NCBI GenBank assembly: GCA_045568075.1
Contig: JBJLBP010000001.1
Span: 270,001-302,000, forward strand
Source of the DNA: Candidatus Thalassarchaeaceae archaeon
GTDB taxonomy: Archaea > Thermoplasmatota > Poseidoniia > Poseidoniales > Thalassarchaeaceae
DNA length: 32,000 nucleotides
Reading direction: 5' to 3'
Part shown: in pieces, positions 8,701-14,796 of the stretch
Layout: each line of letters starts with the position of its first letter
Position numbering within the stretch: the first letter of the stretch is position 1
Position numbers and translations under genes: made by a program
Notes under the pieces: model-generated
Database searches by the model: none
The model's input: the letters and a program-made list of their open reading frames with translations, nothing else
What the model was told of the DNA's origin: nothing

Positions 8701-10740
8701 CTATGTCCGAACGCAGGAAACATCCACCACGAGATGGTGTTGGATCCACAACTCCTGCGCGACGACCCGCAATCCTTCCTACCGGATGGATTCGGTCCAG
8801 TAAACGTCGTATTGCGCTTCGAGGAGAACCTACCTCACGAGGGCTGTGAACCACTCGACGCAGATGCGATGAGCACTTCCGGCGCATGGGACCCATGCGC
8901 CCAGATGGTGAACAGCGATCACTTCCGCAGAGTCATGCAGTTCCAAGTCGATGGGTTCAGCCTCATCGGCCGAACAGTTCTCAACGTCGACGATCAGATT
9001 GTTTACACTTCTGAAATCGATCCATCGACCGGACAGCCAATCGAGAAGCCCATGGTCGTCACCGGCCAGCTCGTTGACGAACTCGGATCTAACCTCTCTA
9101 ACCGCGCTGTGCGCGTAACATACGAGATGGTCGGCTCTGAGACGGGAATCGTGGGTTGTCTACCAGGAACCTCAAACATGGACGGATTCTTCGAGATCAC
9201 CTGCCCGCTTTCCGGCGTTCAGGCGGGACAAGCCCGAGTGAAGGTCGAGTTCAATTCATACGAGAATAACGACCGCTACCGCTACCACAATGCAAGCGTA
9301 ACACGACTGTTCCCGGTCTTCTCGAACTCGACTATGCACCTGCAAGAAATTGGTCCGTTCCGAAATGACATCGATTCGTACACCTTCCAGAATGGCTCGG
9401 TTTTCCCGGTGCTGTATCTCAAGGAGTCATTCCACCTCGATGCTAGGTTAACTCAGACGAATGGTAATCCGATTGGCGGTAAGTGCCTGAACATCTACCT
9501 CGATCCTGAGGTTAACACTCGGCCAATCGCCACTTCGATTACGCGTGACGGAACTGGTGAAATCGAGTGGTTCAGCGGTGACCCGGAAGACAATCCCAGT
9601 CGCCGAGGAGTCGAACCGACATCTGAGATGATGGAAGGATTCAGAGTAGTTAGAATCGCATACGAACCGACTAAGGAATTACCTGGCGGATGTCGTGCCG
9701 AGACAACTCCGGTTGTCAATGGTTCCTTCATCGATATCGAAGTCCTCGTCAGGAGCCGCGTTGACATCCTACTGAAGAACCACTGGTCAAATCCAGATGG
9801 ATATCAGGAAGGAGATTGGATCAACGGATCGGTCGCAATTCTGCGCGACCGACTCGACCTCGCGGTCGAGCACCAAACGGTGATCTTCACCTACCAGTAT
9901 TGGAATGCCGAGGAAGGCATGTGGCTTCCACACAACGTGGTCTACGCTACTACGAACGAATTGGGTGTGGCATCGTTTAGCTTCGAATACTCGGGTGAAA
10001 ATATACCTGGAGAACTCGAATGTAGCCAGGCCGGTTATTGTATCGACGAAGGAAGATGGCAAGTCATAATCCACTTCAAGGGCTCACACGAGTTTGAAGA
10101 GGAATATCTCAACAATACGCCTGAAATCTATCTTGGTGAATTAGTCGCGAAGGGCGATACGAGCTTCTTCACGGTGCAGGTATTGACGATTCTAGGAATC
10201 GCAATGGCCTTCGCTCTGATGGTCGGCGCAATCATGTATCGCAATTACATTGAGCGCCGACGCATCGAGATTCTGCGCGGAATACTCACCGACTCGCTAA
10301 TGTCGCTAAAGGCGTCGAACGAATACATCGACACCATCTTCAACTGCTACAAGGAATTAGTACGATTCTTCCGCAGTCGAGGCGCGATGAAGAAGGTCTA
10401 CGAGACCACGCGAGAATTCGAGGATGCTGTGAGCACAATGCTCAGCGGCATTGCGCCGCCAGAGGATCTCAATGTCTTCTTCTCACTCTTTGAAGAAGCA
10501 AGGTACTCTGACCACGAGATTGGTGCAGACCAGCGAGACCGAGCCATCGGTGCGCTGCAGTCCATCATCAACCACATCAGTGCCTCTTTGGGCGAAGGAA
10601 TGCTAAACCGAACCACTGCTAATGAGTCCGGCCTTTACGGCTCAGTCATCAAGGCTGGCTCGTTCGTTGACTCCGAGGGTCAAGAGCGCATCGCCGGAAT
10701 CGATGACGGTTCAGACGGCGACGGCGGCTTCCGAATCTGA
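2764..10740 (+). CDS. Giant secreted, C-terminally membrane-anchored surface protein with Asp-rich Ca-binding-type repeats, a cupredoxin domain, Ig-like beta modules, a TM helix and a DUF4129-like tail
   Basis: Uninterrupted 2658-codon ORF. AGGAG at 2751-2755 lies 8 nt upstream of GTG 2764, and an alternative ATG lies at 2773. The N-terminus has a Sec-type signal (RENRKK, then a hydrophobic core, then IGA/EE). About 30 DxDxDGxxD motifs follow, then many N-x-S/T sequons. A single C-terminal TM helix is followed by a positively charged stretch. Confidence 0.9.
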   Translation: MVGMNKEIQTWYGRENRKKSTSALMMVVLMLLSTQMYNFIGAEEAETSLEGPEETPARTAYQQFYQSGGASAGETQGQPASTADFQHPAFSDANWVDPASYQGKISDPSILLTDPGYGFHLEETNTEDHDNDGINDLDDLDDDNDGISDLIERFDGCYGTDPFDHDNDGIDDESDWDDDNDGILEGPIDYSQGSDPWNVSADRYVMPNVVHPWTGTPVGTGYRIDQNLMDHDNDGVTDEDIDGSGRGSYDEDDDNDARIDQFTWPCDFDGDGAQDYFDDDDDNDGVVDLWDSHPWDASITTNITATAPLWDDWYQWVSAETHDIEISPGNLFSPRALTINEGDTVVWTNADSQDHTVTSDIGLFDSGTIVPGASFTFTFDNAGTFSYVCNIHPAMTGTITVQSTSGSDNTYSEYIGGVDYVSMEANVWHPRNQSFTEVVDGDLDGDGIPNFLDPDNDNDGTPDSADTDDDNDGLLDMYDVDDDNDGIWDECMQLDTNSDGEGDYPNSFDIQTPGRDCEIDYDRDADDDRFRPIDMDYDLVWDWMDPDMGALELDELDNPNGAPRNDPDDEPYDLDNDGVLNEADPYMLATEEQVSEWDCATQTNPNPQNSDMNCTVARKSYTGNNDWDGDGLNNWEDRDDDNDGILDWLDIDPNCDFDDDNDLHLLNGSRFRDDGPNDIDTDVDGDGLANDEDWDDDNDGISDYYDPDDGNCGVVDQDQTDPFATYYGYSHGDGDIIDGSDDSDLWAQFENTHWKMWWHFNPFTEENGFIYPHNGYDDSTVPLTNGQIPEMYWYVLMHWSPWNGANYFDIDVDGDSLQNGIDVDSDGDGLPDWWDQDEGNDGVLDVNDPGQGGSFDNNECGYTFWWLLIAQQAIEQACGLPYAWLYGYPVIPASRTNGMSFTIPYSSRPDADMDQGAYNGTNSQGQWTCETQCWHFDFLGQGDAGPSAAVNYNQMKDNRDLYTAWVGITFGFFQWTADSNANLFPDEVADLLNNDVDPDDDCGAPIPGNLNPQCMVNDTADLDDDFDGVYDHWDVDDDNDGIWDYFEIDSNDDLDDDANIDASNFFTGTNCDDNDDDGTDTDPDDDGWYQAVWDKGVLGQGLLFPVYYDVDNDNDGVPDGEDPDDDNNGVSDALQETLCFVGEEQSVWDHDNDGILDWADDDWDADGLVNTLELNTATPFISPWDHDNDGLRDDIDLDDDSDGMLDKDEIMLWPSRFGQESTNPWDHDDYGNGTGPANPSDPFTGPDAIDEDDDNDERPDRDWDHLEEDWSNSSDWDSDNDGILDEDDKVPTRINLTSANVLWLDAVNPAVFRGTVNWLDPDTGVFEPAPDLPVQISIEWARNGTLALETVDVLTDAAGAFVVGQFLLPEDLIVGPNTTYNVYAEVTEMFYHDGSQTEPIPVEVRANTSIDYVAWTYFRSDEQPLFTDYKVHYEADWDRGIFDNRIPNAPVSFRVHGGPFGNHTHPTIFDGYGYGYRADSGGWVSLTFVQTAGAQGQWKQVQWNSTMDNGVGKLPGGYEEIVWDDNAKDHFVLGRYDYTNTSLPIGDYAFIGFARPDLGDEWPFPYLEQSETEAFAIRSMHRMYIEADMFTPSTRPVYFWDTTQFTGSSFGAWRALFHQPSLDTAGLAYEDVSLGKPYAMTWDGTPEGLTGESSRLRPFLSSNGTHWRIGMQNGGDFNVPPCGPVDPVDPNSDVRCEIIPEMFTGETLRVIGSVWNRTLVPWPHDPMTLQVDLDRNGIFAGSQETGYARAPQMVNGVATFDYNWTWYSQYAAGHYGIRADFTNSNYYFTGNQSSVLAPTGAYLNVSVIGTTEFKELLEPRLYRGQNRTIEVQLLDNSLQPLKNSQINYVWSADGTNGIAETDGTGWFSVNLTIEKDHNLGNFTLSYNYPGDPRHQGTSGTMDLWVVSRTYITLQGTTPNIRSNGDIWEFSAQVTDDNRTAIIKDSGQALDGCGENGGEVLLIMEGTDFDDRTHRQIVETLCPNAGNIHHEMVLDPQLLRDDPQSFLPDGFGPVNVVLRFEENLPHEGCEPLDADAMSTSGAWDPCAQMVNSDHFRRVMQFQVDGFSLIGRTVLNVDDQIVYTSEIDPSTGQPIEKPMVVTGQLVDELGSNLSNRAVRVTYEMVGSETGIVGCLPGTSNMDGFFEITCPLSGVQAGQARVKVEFNSYENNDRYRYHNASVTRLFPVFSNSTMHLQEIGPFRNDIDSYTFQNGSVFPVLYLKESFHLDARLTQTNGNPIGGKCLNIYLDPEVNTRPIATSITRDGTGEIEWFSGDPEDNPSRRGVEPTSEMMEGFRVVRIAYEPTKELPGGCRAETTPVVNGSFIDIEVLVRSRVDILLKNHWSNPDGYQEGDWINGSVAILRDRLDLAVEHQTVIFTYQYWNAEEGMWLPHNVVYATTNELGVASFSFEYSGENIPGELECSQAGYCIDEGRWQVIIHFKGSHEFEEEYLNNTPEIYLGELVAKGDTSFFTVQVLTILGIAMAFALMVGAIMYRNYIERRRIEILRGILTDSLMSLKASNEYIDTIFNCYKELVRFFRSRGAMKKVYETTREFEDAVSTMLSGIAPPEDLNVFFSLFEEARYSDHEIGADQRDRAIGALQSIINHISASLGEGMLNRTTANESGLYGSVIKAGSFVDSEGQERIAGIDDGSDGDGGFRI
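3145..6627 (+). repeat. Array of about 30 thrombospondin type-3-like / EF-hand-like Asp repeats (coding), with a recurring nucleotide core GAYGAYGAYAAYGAYGGAATC
   Basis: Recurrent peptide (W/x)D(D/H)DNDG(I/V/L)xDxxD. Examples are DDDNDGISD, DHDNDGIDD, DDDNDGILD, DDDNDGIWD, DHDNDGILD and DSDNDGILD. Near-identical DNA cores occur near 3186, 3294, 4206, 4681, 4849, 5871, 6214, 6314 and 6594. Confidence 0.85.
3727..3969 (+). other. Type-1 (blue) copper cupredoxin domain embedded in the giant protein
   Basis: HDIEISPGNLFSPRALTINEGDTVVWTNADSQDHTVTSD...GTFSYVCNIHPAMTGTITVQ. Candidate Cu ligands are His (codon 3826-3828), Cys (3928-3930), His (3937-3939) and Met (3946-3948). The spacing is C-x2-H-x2-M. 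Confidence 0.8.
10165..10737 (+). other. C-terminal TM anchor (10165-10236) plus a cytoplasmic tail of roughly 165 aa resembling DUF4129
   Basis: FFTVQVLTILGIAMAFALMVGAIM is followed by YRNYIERRRIE (positive-inside). The tail contains TTREFEDAV...FFSLFEEARYSDHEIG, which resembles the DUF4129 pattern (TxxE ... YExARYS). Confidence 0.6.
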
Positions 10741-10752
10741 TGACGTAGAGTC

Positions 10753-10787
10753 GAGGAAGAGACCCGGTTCAGACCGGTTCTCTCCTC
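10753..10787 (+). terminator. Imperfect hairpin just after the giant gene stop, followed by a pyrimidine-rich tract
   Basis: GAGGAAGAGACCCGGT-TCAG-ACCGGTTCTCTCCTC has one mismatch and one bulge by hand folding. It begins 13 nt after the TGA at 10738-10740. A second small hairpin, GCCCC-GTA-GGGGC, lies at 10811-10823. Confidence 0.35.
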
Positions 10788-10889
10788 TTCTCGATGCACT
10801 GCGTGGCCATGCCCCGTAGGGGCAACCCGTAGCATTCATAACAGGTAGTCAGGTGGGCGCGCTACCCAAGCACACGTCGAGGGAGTTAT

Positions 10890-11255
10890 ATGAGCAAGAA
10901 CATGAGAAAGACCAACCAGGCCCTAATCGCCCTAATCGGCGATCTCAAGGACCAGAGCAGGTCGACCGGTTCTGCACTGTGGCGAGACGTCGCGCTGAGG
11001 CTCGAGAAGAGCCGCAGTAACTGGGCTGAACCAAACCTGAGCCGTCTGAGCCGATACGCTGCCGAAGAGGACATAGTCCTCGTTCCAGGCAAGCTTCTCG
11101 GCAGCGGTGATGTGTCCGGTAAGCCGAGCGTCGCCGCATACAGTGTCAGTACTGGCGCCCGCTCGAAGATTGAAGCAGCAGGCGGACGTGTCCTCACGAT
11201 TCGCCAATTGATGAACGAGAACCCAGATGGCCGGGGGGTGAGGATCCTTGGCTGA
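10890..11255 (+). CDS. rpl18e: 50S ribosomal protein L18e (eL18)
   Basis: 121-aa ORF. The motifs TNQALIALIGDLK...ALWRDVALRLEKSRSN...VLVPGKLLGSG...RILG are typical of archaeal L18e. A GGGAG Shine-Dalgarno lies upstream. It is the first gene of the L18e-L13-S9-RpoN operon. Confidence 0.9.
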   Translation: MSKNMRKTNQALIALIGDLKDQSRSTGSALWRDVALRLEKSRSNWAEPNLSRLSRYAAEEDIVLVPGKLLGSGDVSGKPSVAAYSVSTGARSKIEAAGGRVLTIRQLMNENPDGRGVRILG

Positions 11256-11736
11256 TGCCAGTACCCTCGTCTTCGACGCCAAGGACAAGGTCCTCGGGCG
11301 CCTCGCTAGCCATGTCGCTAGCGAGTTGCTGACAGCGCGCAAGGCCGGCGGCCAGAAGCGCGTCATCATCGTGAACGCAGAACGGGCGATCGTTACAGGC
11401 GCGAAGACTGCAGTCTTCTCCAAGTACGATCACAAGTACAAGTTGAACCACCCTCGAAAGGGTCCGTTCTTCCCTCGCATGCCGGACATGATTCTGAAGC
11501 GCACTGTGCGCGGTATGCTGCCCTACCAGAAGAACAGCAGCGGCCGCAATGCCGTTCGAGACCTACGTGTCATGATCGGAACACCAGCAAACCTTGCTGG
11601 AGACGAATTACCAGATGGCCACGCATGGGGCGACTCAAGCTCATTTGAGCGAGATTTGCCTCAGAAATTCGTGCGACTCGGTGAGATTAGTGCCCACTTA
11701 GGTGCTGACTCTAGTAGATGGGGAGGTGACCAGTGA
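11248..11736 (+). CDS. rpl13: 50S ribosomal protein L13 (uL13)
   Basis: 162-aa [24 protein letters not shown]...[13 protein letters not shown] is the uL13 signature. A TTG start at 11248 is preceded by GGTGAGGA and overlaps the L18e stop by 8 nt. Confidence 0.9.
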   Translation: MADASTLVFDAKDKVLGRLASHVASELLTARKAGGQKRVIIVNAERAIVTGAKTAVFSKYDHKYKLNHPRKGPFFPRMPDMILKRTVRGMLPYQKNSSGRNAVRDLRVMIGTPANLAGDELPDGHAWGDSSSFERDLPQKFVRLGEISAHLGADSSRWGGDQ

Positions 11737-12173
11737 TGGCTAAGAAGAAGAAGGCAAAGATTGTCCAAATGAGTGGAAAGCGTAAGACCGCAGTCGCACG
11801 TGCAACAGTGCGTAAGGGAGCGGGCCGAGTACGCGTCAACCACAAACCGATTCACATCATGGAACCGGCCCTCGCTCGCCGTAAGGCGCTCGAGCCGGTT
11901 CAGATCGCTGAGGCGATGAACCGCCTATCCGACGTCGACGTCGTTGTCGATGTTCAGGGCGGCGGTCAAATGGGACAAGTCGACGCAATCCGCACTGCTA
12001 TAGCACGCGGCCTCGTACACTACAATGGCGGCGCTGAGGGAATTGATGAGGAACTACGAGACGAATTCCTCCGATTTGACCGCAGCCTGCTTGTCAATGA
12101 TCCACGACGCAAGGAGCCAAAGCACCAAATGGGCCGCGGCGCTCGCAAGAAGTGGCAGAAATCGTATAGGTGA
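11736..12173 (+). CDS. rps9: 30S ribosomal protein S9 (uS9)
   Basis: [23 protein letters not shown]...[19 protein letters not shown]...[11 protein letters not shown] 11736 overlaps the L13 stop and is preceded by GGGAGGTGA. An in-frame GTG at 11733 is the alternative start. Confidence 0.92.
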   Translation: MAKKKKAKIVQMSGKRKTAVARATVRKGAGRVRVNHKPIHIMEPALARRKALEPVQIAEAMNRLSDVDVVVDVQGGGQMGQVDAIRTAIARGLVHYNGGAEGIDEELRDEFLRFDRSLLVNDPRRKEPKHQMGRGARKKWQKSYR

Positions 12174-12179
12174 TCCAAG

Positions 12180-12386
12180 ATGTTGATACCAGTTCGTTGT
12201 TGGAGTTGCGGTAAAGTCGTAGCTCATTTGTATGACCAGTTCAAGACCGCCGTCGATGCCGGAGAGGATCCACAAAAAGTCCTCGACGACATCGGCCTCG
12301 AGCGTTATTGCTGCCGAAGGATGTATGTCGGCCACATCGATTTGATCGATGAGGTCTCTCCTTTCAGCATCGCTCGCGAGGATTGA
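12180..12386 (+). CDS. rpoN: DNA-directed RNA polymerase subunit N (Rpo10/RpoN)
   Basis: 68-aa ORF MLIPVRCWSCGKVV...LERYCCRRM, which is the CxxC...CC zinc motif of Rpb10/RpoN. AGGTGA lies 6 nt upstream. Confidence 0.92.
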   Translation: MLIPVRCWSCGKVVAHLYDQFKTAVDAGEDPQKVLDDIGLERYCCRRMYVGHIDLIDEVSPFSIARED

Positions 12387-12440
12387 TTCCACACGCCGTC
12401 AAGGCTTTGTGAGAATCTCATCACGGTGGAACCACACACG

Positions 12441-12518
12441 GGGCCTGTAGGTTAGCTTGGCCTATACTTCGCGGCTGGGGGTCGCGCGACCCAGGTTCAA
12501 ATCCTGGCTGGCCCACCA
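12441..12518 (+). tRNA. tRNA-Pro (anticodon GGG), genomically encoded CCA
   Basis: Hand-folded. Acceptor GGGCCTG/CTGGCCC has one U-U mismatch. The anticodon arm is CGCGG-CUGGGGG-UCGCG, with a 7-nt loop reading C-U-GGG-G-G. The T arm is CCAGG-TTCAAAT-CCTGG, followed by discriminator A and CCA. The D stem is weak in my fold. Location after rpoN is typical for archaea. Confidence 0.85.
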
Positions 12519-12605
12519 TTCCTCCTCTTTCGGCGAGAGCCTTGAATCGAGGCTTAGAAGGCTCGAAATGGGCACCTTTTAGGGGGCTGGCGCTCCTCGG
12601 ATAAC

Positions 12606-14774
12606 ATGGTCCCGGAGGGCTCGGATGATTGGGCGAACAGCGCCCGGATTGAGGAGCTGGCAGGACTCCTCGCACACCATTCTAACCTCTACTACAATGA
12701 GGCCGCTCCAGAGATTCCCGACGCCGAATATGACTTACTCTTCGACGAATTGAAGCAACTATCACCCGATCACCCACAACTAACCAAGGTAGGTTCGGAC
12801 CCCGCACCAGGATCTGTGAAGGTTGACCACTTGTTCCCAATGCGCAGTCTCGATAAGGCAACTGAGGCCGAGGAAGTCATCCATTTTGTTGCAGAAACCA
12901 CTGCTCACGGCCGCCGCTTTGTCTGCCAACCCAAACTCGACGGTTCAGCCCTATCGCTGGAATACCGTCGAGGCCGTCTAGTCCGTGCGGCCACGCGCGG
13001 AAATGGTGAGCGTGGCGAAGATGTCACAGCAAACGCTCGCCGAATCTCAAACATTCCAGAACAACTTGCTTGGGATGGTGATGCCCACGTACGAGGAGAA
13101 GTGGTGATGCCACTCGATATTTTCCGCTCGAAATACGCAAACATCGCCCCAAATCCGCGCAATCTCGCATCCGGCAGCTTACGGCAGAAGAGTGCCGATG
13201 CCGGCAAAGGAGACGCAGCTGACCTCGTATTCCACGCCTATGATGTGATGTTCCCCGAACTTGCCGACCGACACCCTGACAGCCCCTCTCCACCAGATTT
13301 CACCTTCGACTCGCAAGAGATCGATTGGTTGGTTGCAAACGGTATCGAAGTGGCTGGCAACGATGTGGTCGAAGGCGATGACGATGAGGCCGTTACAAAT
13401 GGAATTCTCGATGTCACTCAGCGCTGGACTGAGCACCGAGAAAACGCCTCGTGGGAGATCGACGGAGTCGTCATCAAACTAGATGACCTTGCAAAGCGAA
13501 GTCTCCTCGGCCAGACCGCACATCATCCTCGATGGGCACTAGCGTGGAAATTCCCTCCCGAGGAGGCATCGACAGTTCTGCTAGGAGTCGATTGGCAGAC
13601 AGGTCGGACCGGCACGGTCACCCCTGTGGCGAGAGTCGCACCGGTAACAGTCTCCGGCGTAACTGTCGAAAACACGACACTGCACAACGCCGGAGAGATT
13701 GAAAGATTGGGAATCAGCATCGGCGACAGAGTCCGAATTGTCCGTAGAGGCGATGTGATTCCCAAAATAATCGAGGTTCTCGGGCCCGCAGACCAAACTG
13801 ACCTCGACAATAGATTCCGTGCGGATGGTACTGCCTTCAGCGACCCGCTACCGCTACGCCAAGCCGTCCCAATTCCTCACGAATGCCCACGATGTGGCAC
13901 ACAACTGAAGCAGGACGGTGCCTTCATCCGCTGCTTCAACCTTGATTGCCCATCGCGCCTAGAGCGTGCAATTCTCTACTGGTGTCGAGCGCTTGAGATG
14001 GACGGCATCGGAGAGAAACTCGCAGAACAACTCTGTGAGGAAGGCCTCGTCAAGAGCTTGCCCGATCTCTACGCACTGACTCACTCAGATCTCGTAGGCC
14101 TCGAGCGCATGGGTGAGAAATCAGCAGCCAATGTCGTCACTCAACTAGATTCAACCCGCTCGCTCAACCTCTCATCCTTCCTCTCAGCCCTAGGATTGCC
14201 TGGAATAGGCCCAGAATTAGCAAGTGCCTTCGCACGTGAAGTAGGAGAAGCAACCACTCTGTTTGACTTGTTAGCCGAACCGGAGGAAGCCATCCCACGA
14301 CTGGTCACAATCGATGGCGTAGGAGAAACAGTAGCACGCTCATTCCTCGAAGGCTTAGATGAACGCAAGAGCGTCGTCGAAGGATTGGTGGACGTCCTCC
14401 TAATCGAAGCAGAACAAGTGATCGAAGAGGCGGACGGCCCTCTCACTGGTCAGACATTCTGTATCACAGGCACCCTAGGCCGTCCGCGAAAAGAAATCGC
14501 TCTGATGATCAAAGCAGCAGGAGGGAAAGTTGTCTCAACAGTCTCTGGCAAGCTCGACCACCTCGTCGCCGGAAACTCGGCTGGCTCCAAGTTGGACAAG
14601 GCGAATAGGCTCTCAGTCAACGTCCTCAGCGAAATTGACCTTGAAGCCATGCTCGCCGGCGAATCAACTCTAGACGATGGAAGCGTCGACGAAGCGGAAG
14701 GAGAAATTGTCGCCGACGCCGGCCCACAGCAGATGTCCCTCGGCGACTACGGTTCGTCGGAACCAGTAGAATAG
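12606..14774 (+). CDS. ligA: NAD+-dependent DNA ligase LigA (bacterial type)
   Basis: 722-aa ORF. It has the N-terminal Ia-domain pattern LLAHHSNLYYNEAAPEIPDAEYDLLFDEL and the adenylation motif CQPKLDGSA (KxDG). It also has the Zn finger CPRCG...CFNLDCP, HhH repeats and a BRCT domain (LTGQTFCITGTL...GGKVVSTVSGKLDHLVAG). The C-terminal tail is acidic. Confidence 0.93.
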   Translation: MVPEGSDDWANSARIEELAGLLAHHSNLYYNEAAPEIPDAEYDLLFDELKQLSPDHPQLTKVGSDPAPGSVKVDHLFPMRSLDKATEAEEVIHFVAETTAHGRRFVCQPKLDGSALSLEYRRGRLVRAATRGNGERGEDVTANARRISNIPEQLAWDGDAHVRGEVVMPLDIFRSKYANIAPNPRNLASGSLRQKSADAGKGDAADLVFHAYDVMFPELADRHPDSPSPPDFTFDSQEIDWLVANGIEVAGNDVVEGDDDEAVTNGILDVTQRWTEHRENASWEIDGVVIKLDDLAKRSLLGQTAHHPRWALAWKFPPEEASTVLLGVDWQTGRTGTVTPVARVAPVTVSGVTVENTTLHNAGEIERLGISIGDRVRIVRRGDVIPKIIEVLGPADQTDLDNRFRADGTAFSDPLPLRQAVPIPHECPRCGTQLKQDGAFIRCFNLDCPSRLERAILYWCRALEMDGIGEKLAEQLCEEGLVKSLPDLYALTHSDLVGLERMGEKSAANVVTQLDSTRSLNLSSFLSALGLPGIGPELASAFAREVGEATTLFDLLAEPEEAIPRLVTIDGVGETVARSFLEGLDERKSVVEGLVDVLLIEAEQVIEEADGPLTGQTFCITGTLGRPRKEIALMIKAAGGKVVSTVSGKLDHLVAGNSAGSKLDKANRLSVNVLSEIDLEAMLAGESTLDDGSVDEAEGEIVADAGPQQMSLGDYGSSEPVE

Positions 14775-14796
14775 CCCTAAGTTACAAGGCTCTGAA

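Noticed and set aside
10932-11423. 163-aa minus-strand ORF
   Set aside because: It is antisense to the clearly recognisable L18e and L13 genes and is a shadow ORF with no motifs.
12519-12605. Alternative hairpins (GAGCCTT...AAGGCTC / AGCCT...AGGCT) after tRNA-Pro as a terminator or ncRNA
   Set aside because: The stems are short and mutually exclusive, and there is no clear oligo-T tract. They are not distinguishable from chance by eye.
12421-12675. 84-aa minus-strand ORF
   Set aside because: It overlaps the tRNA-Pro gene and the 5' end of ligA on the opposite strand. It is Pro/Gly-rich low-complexity sequence.
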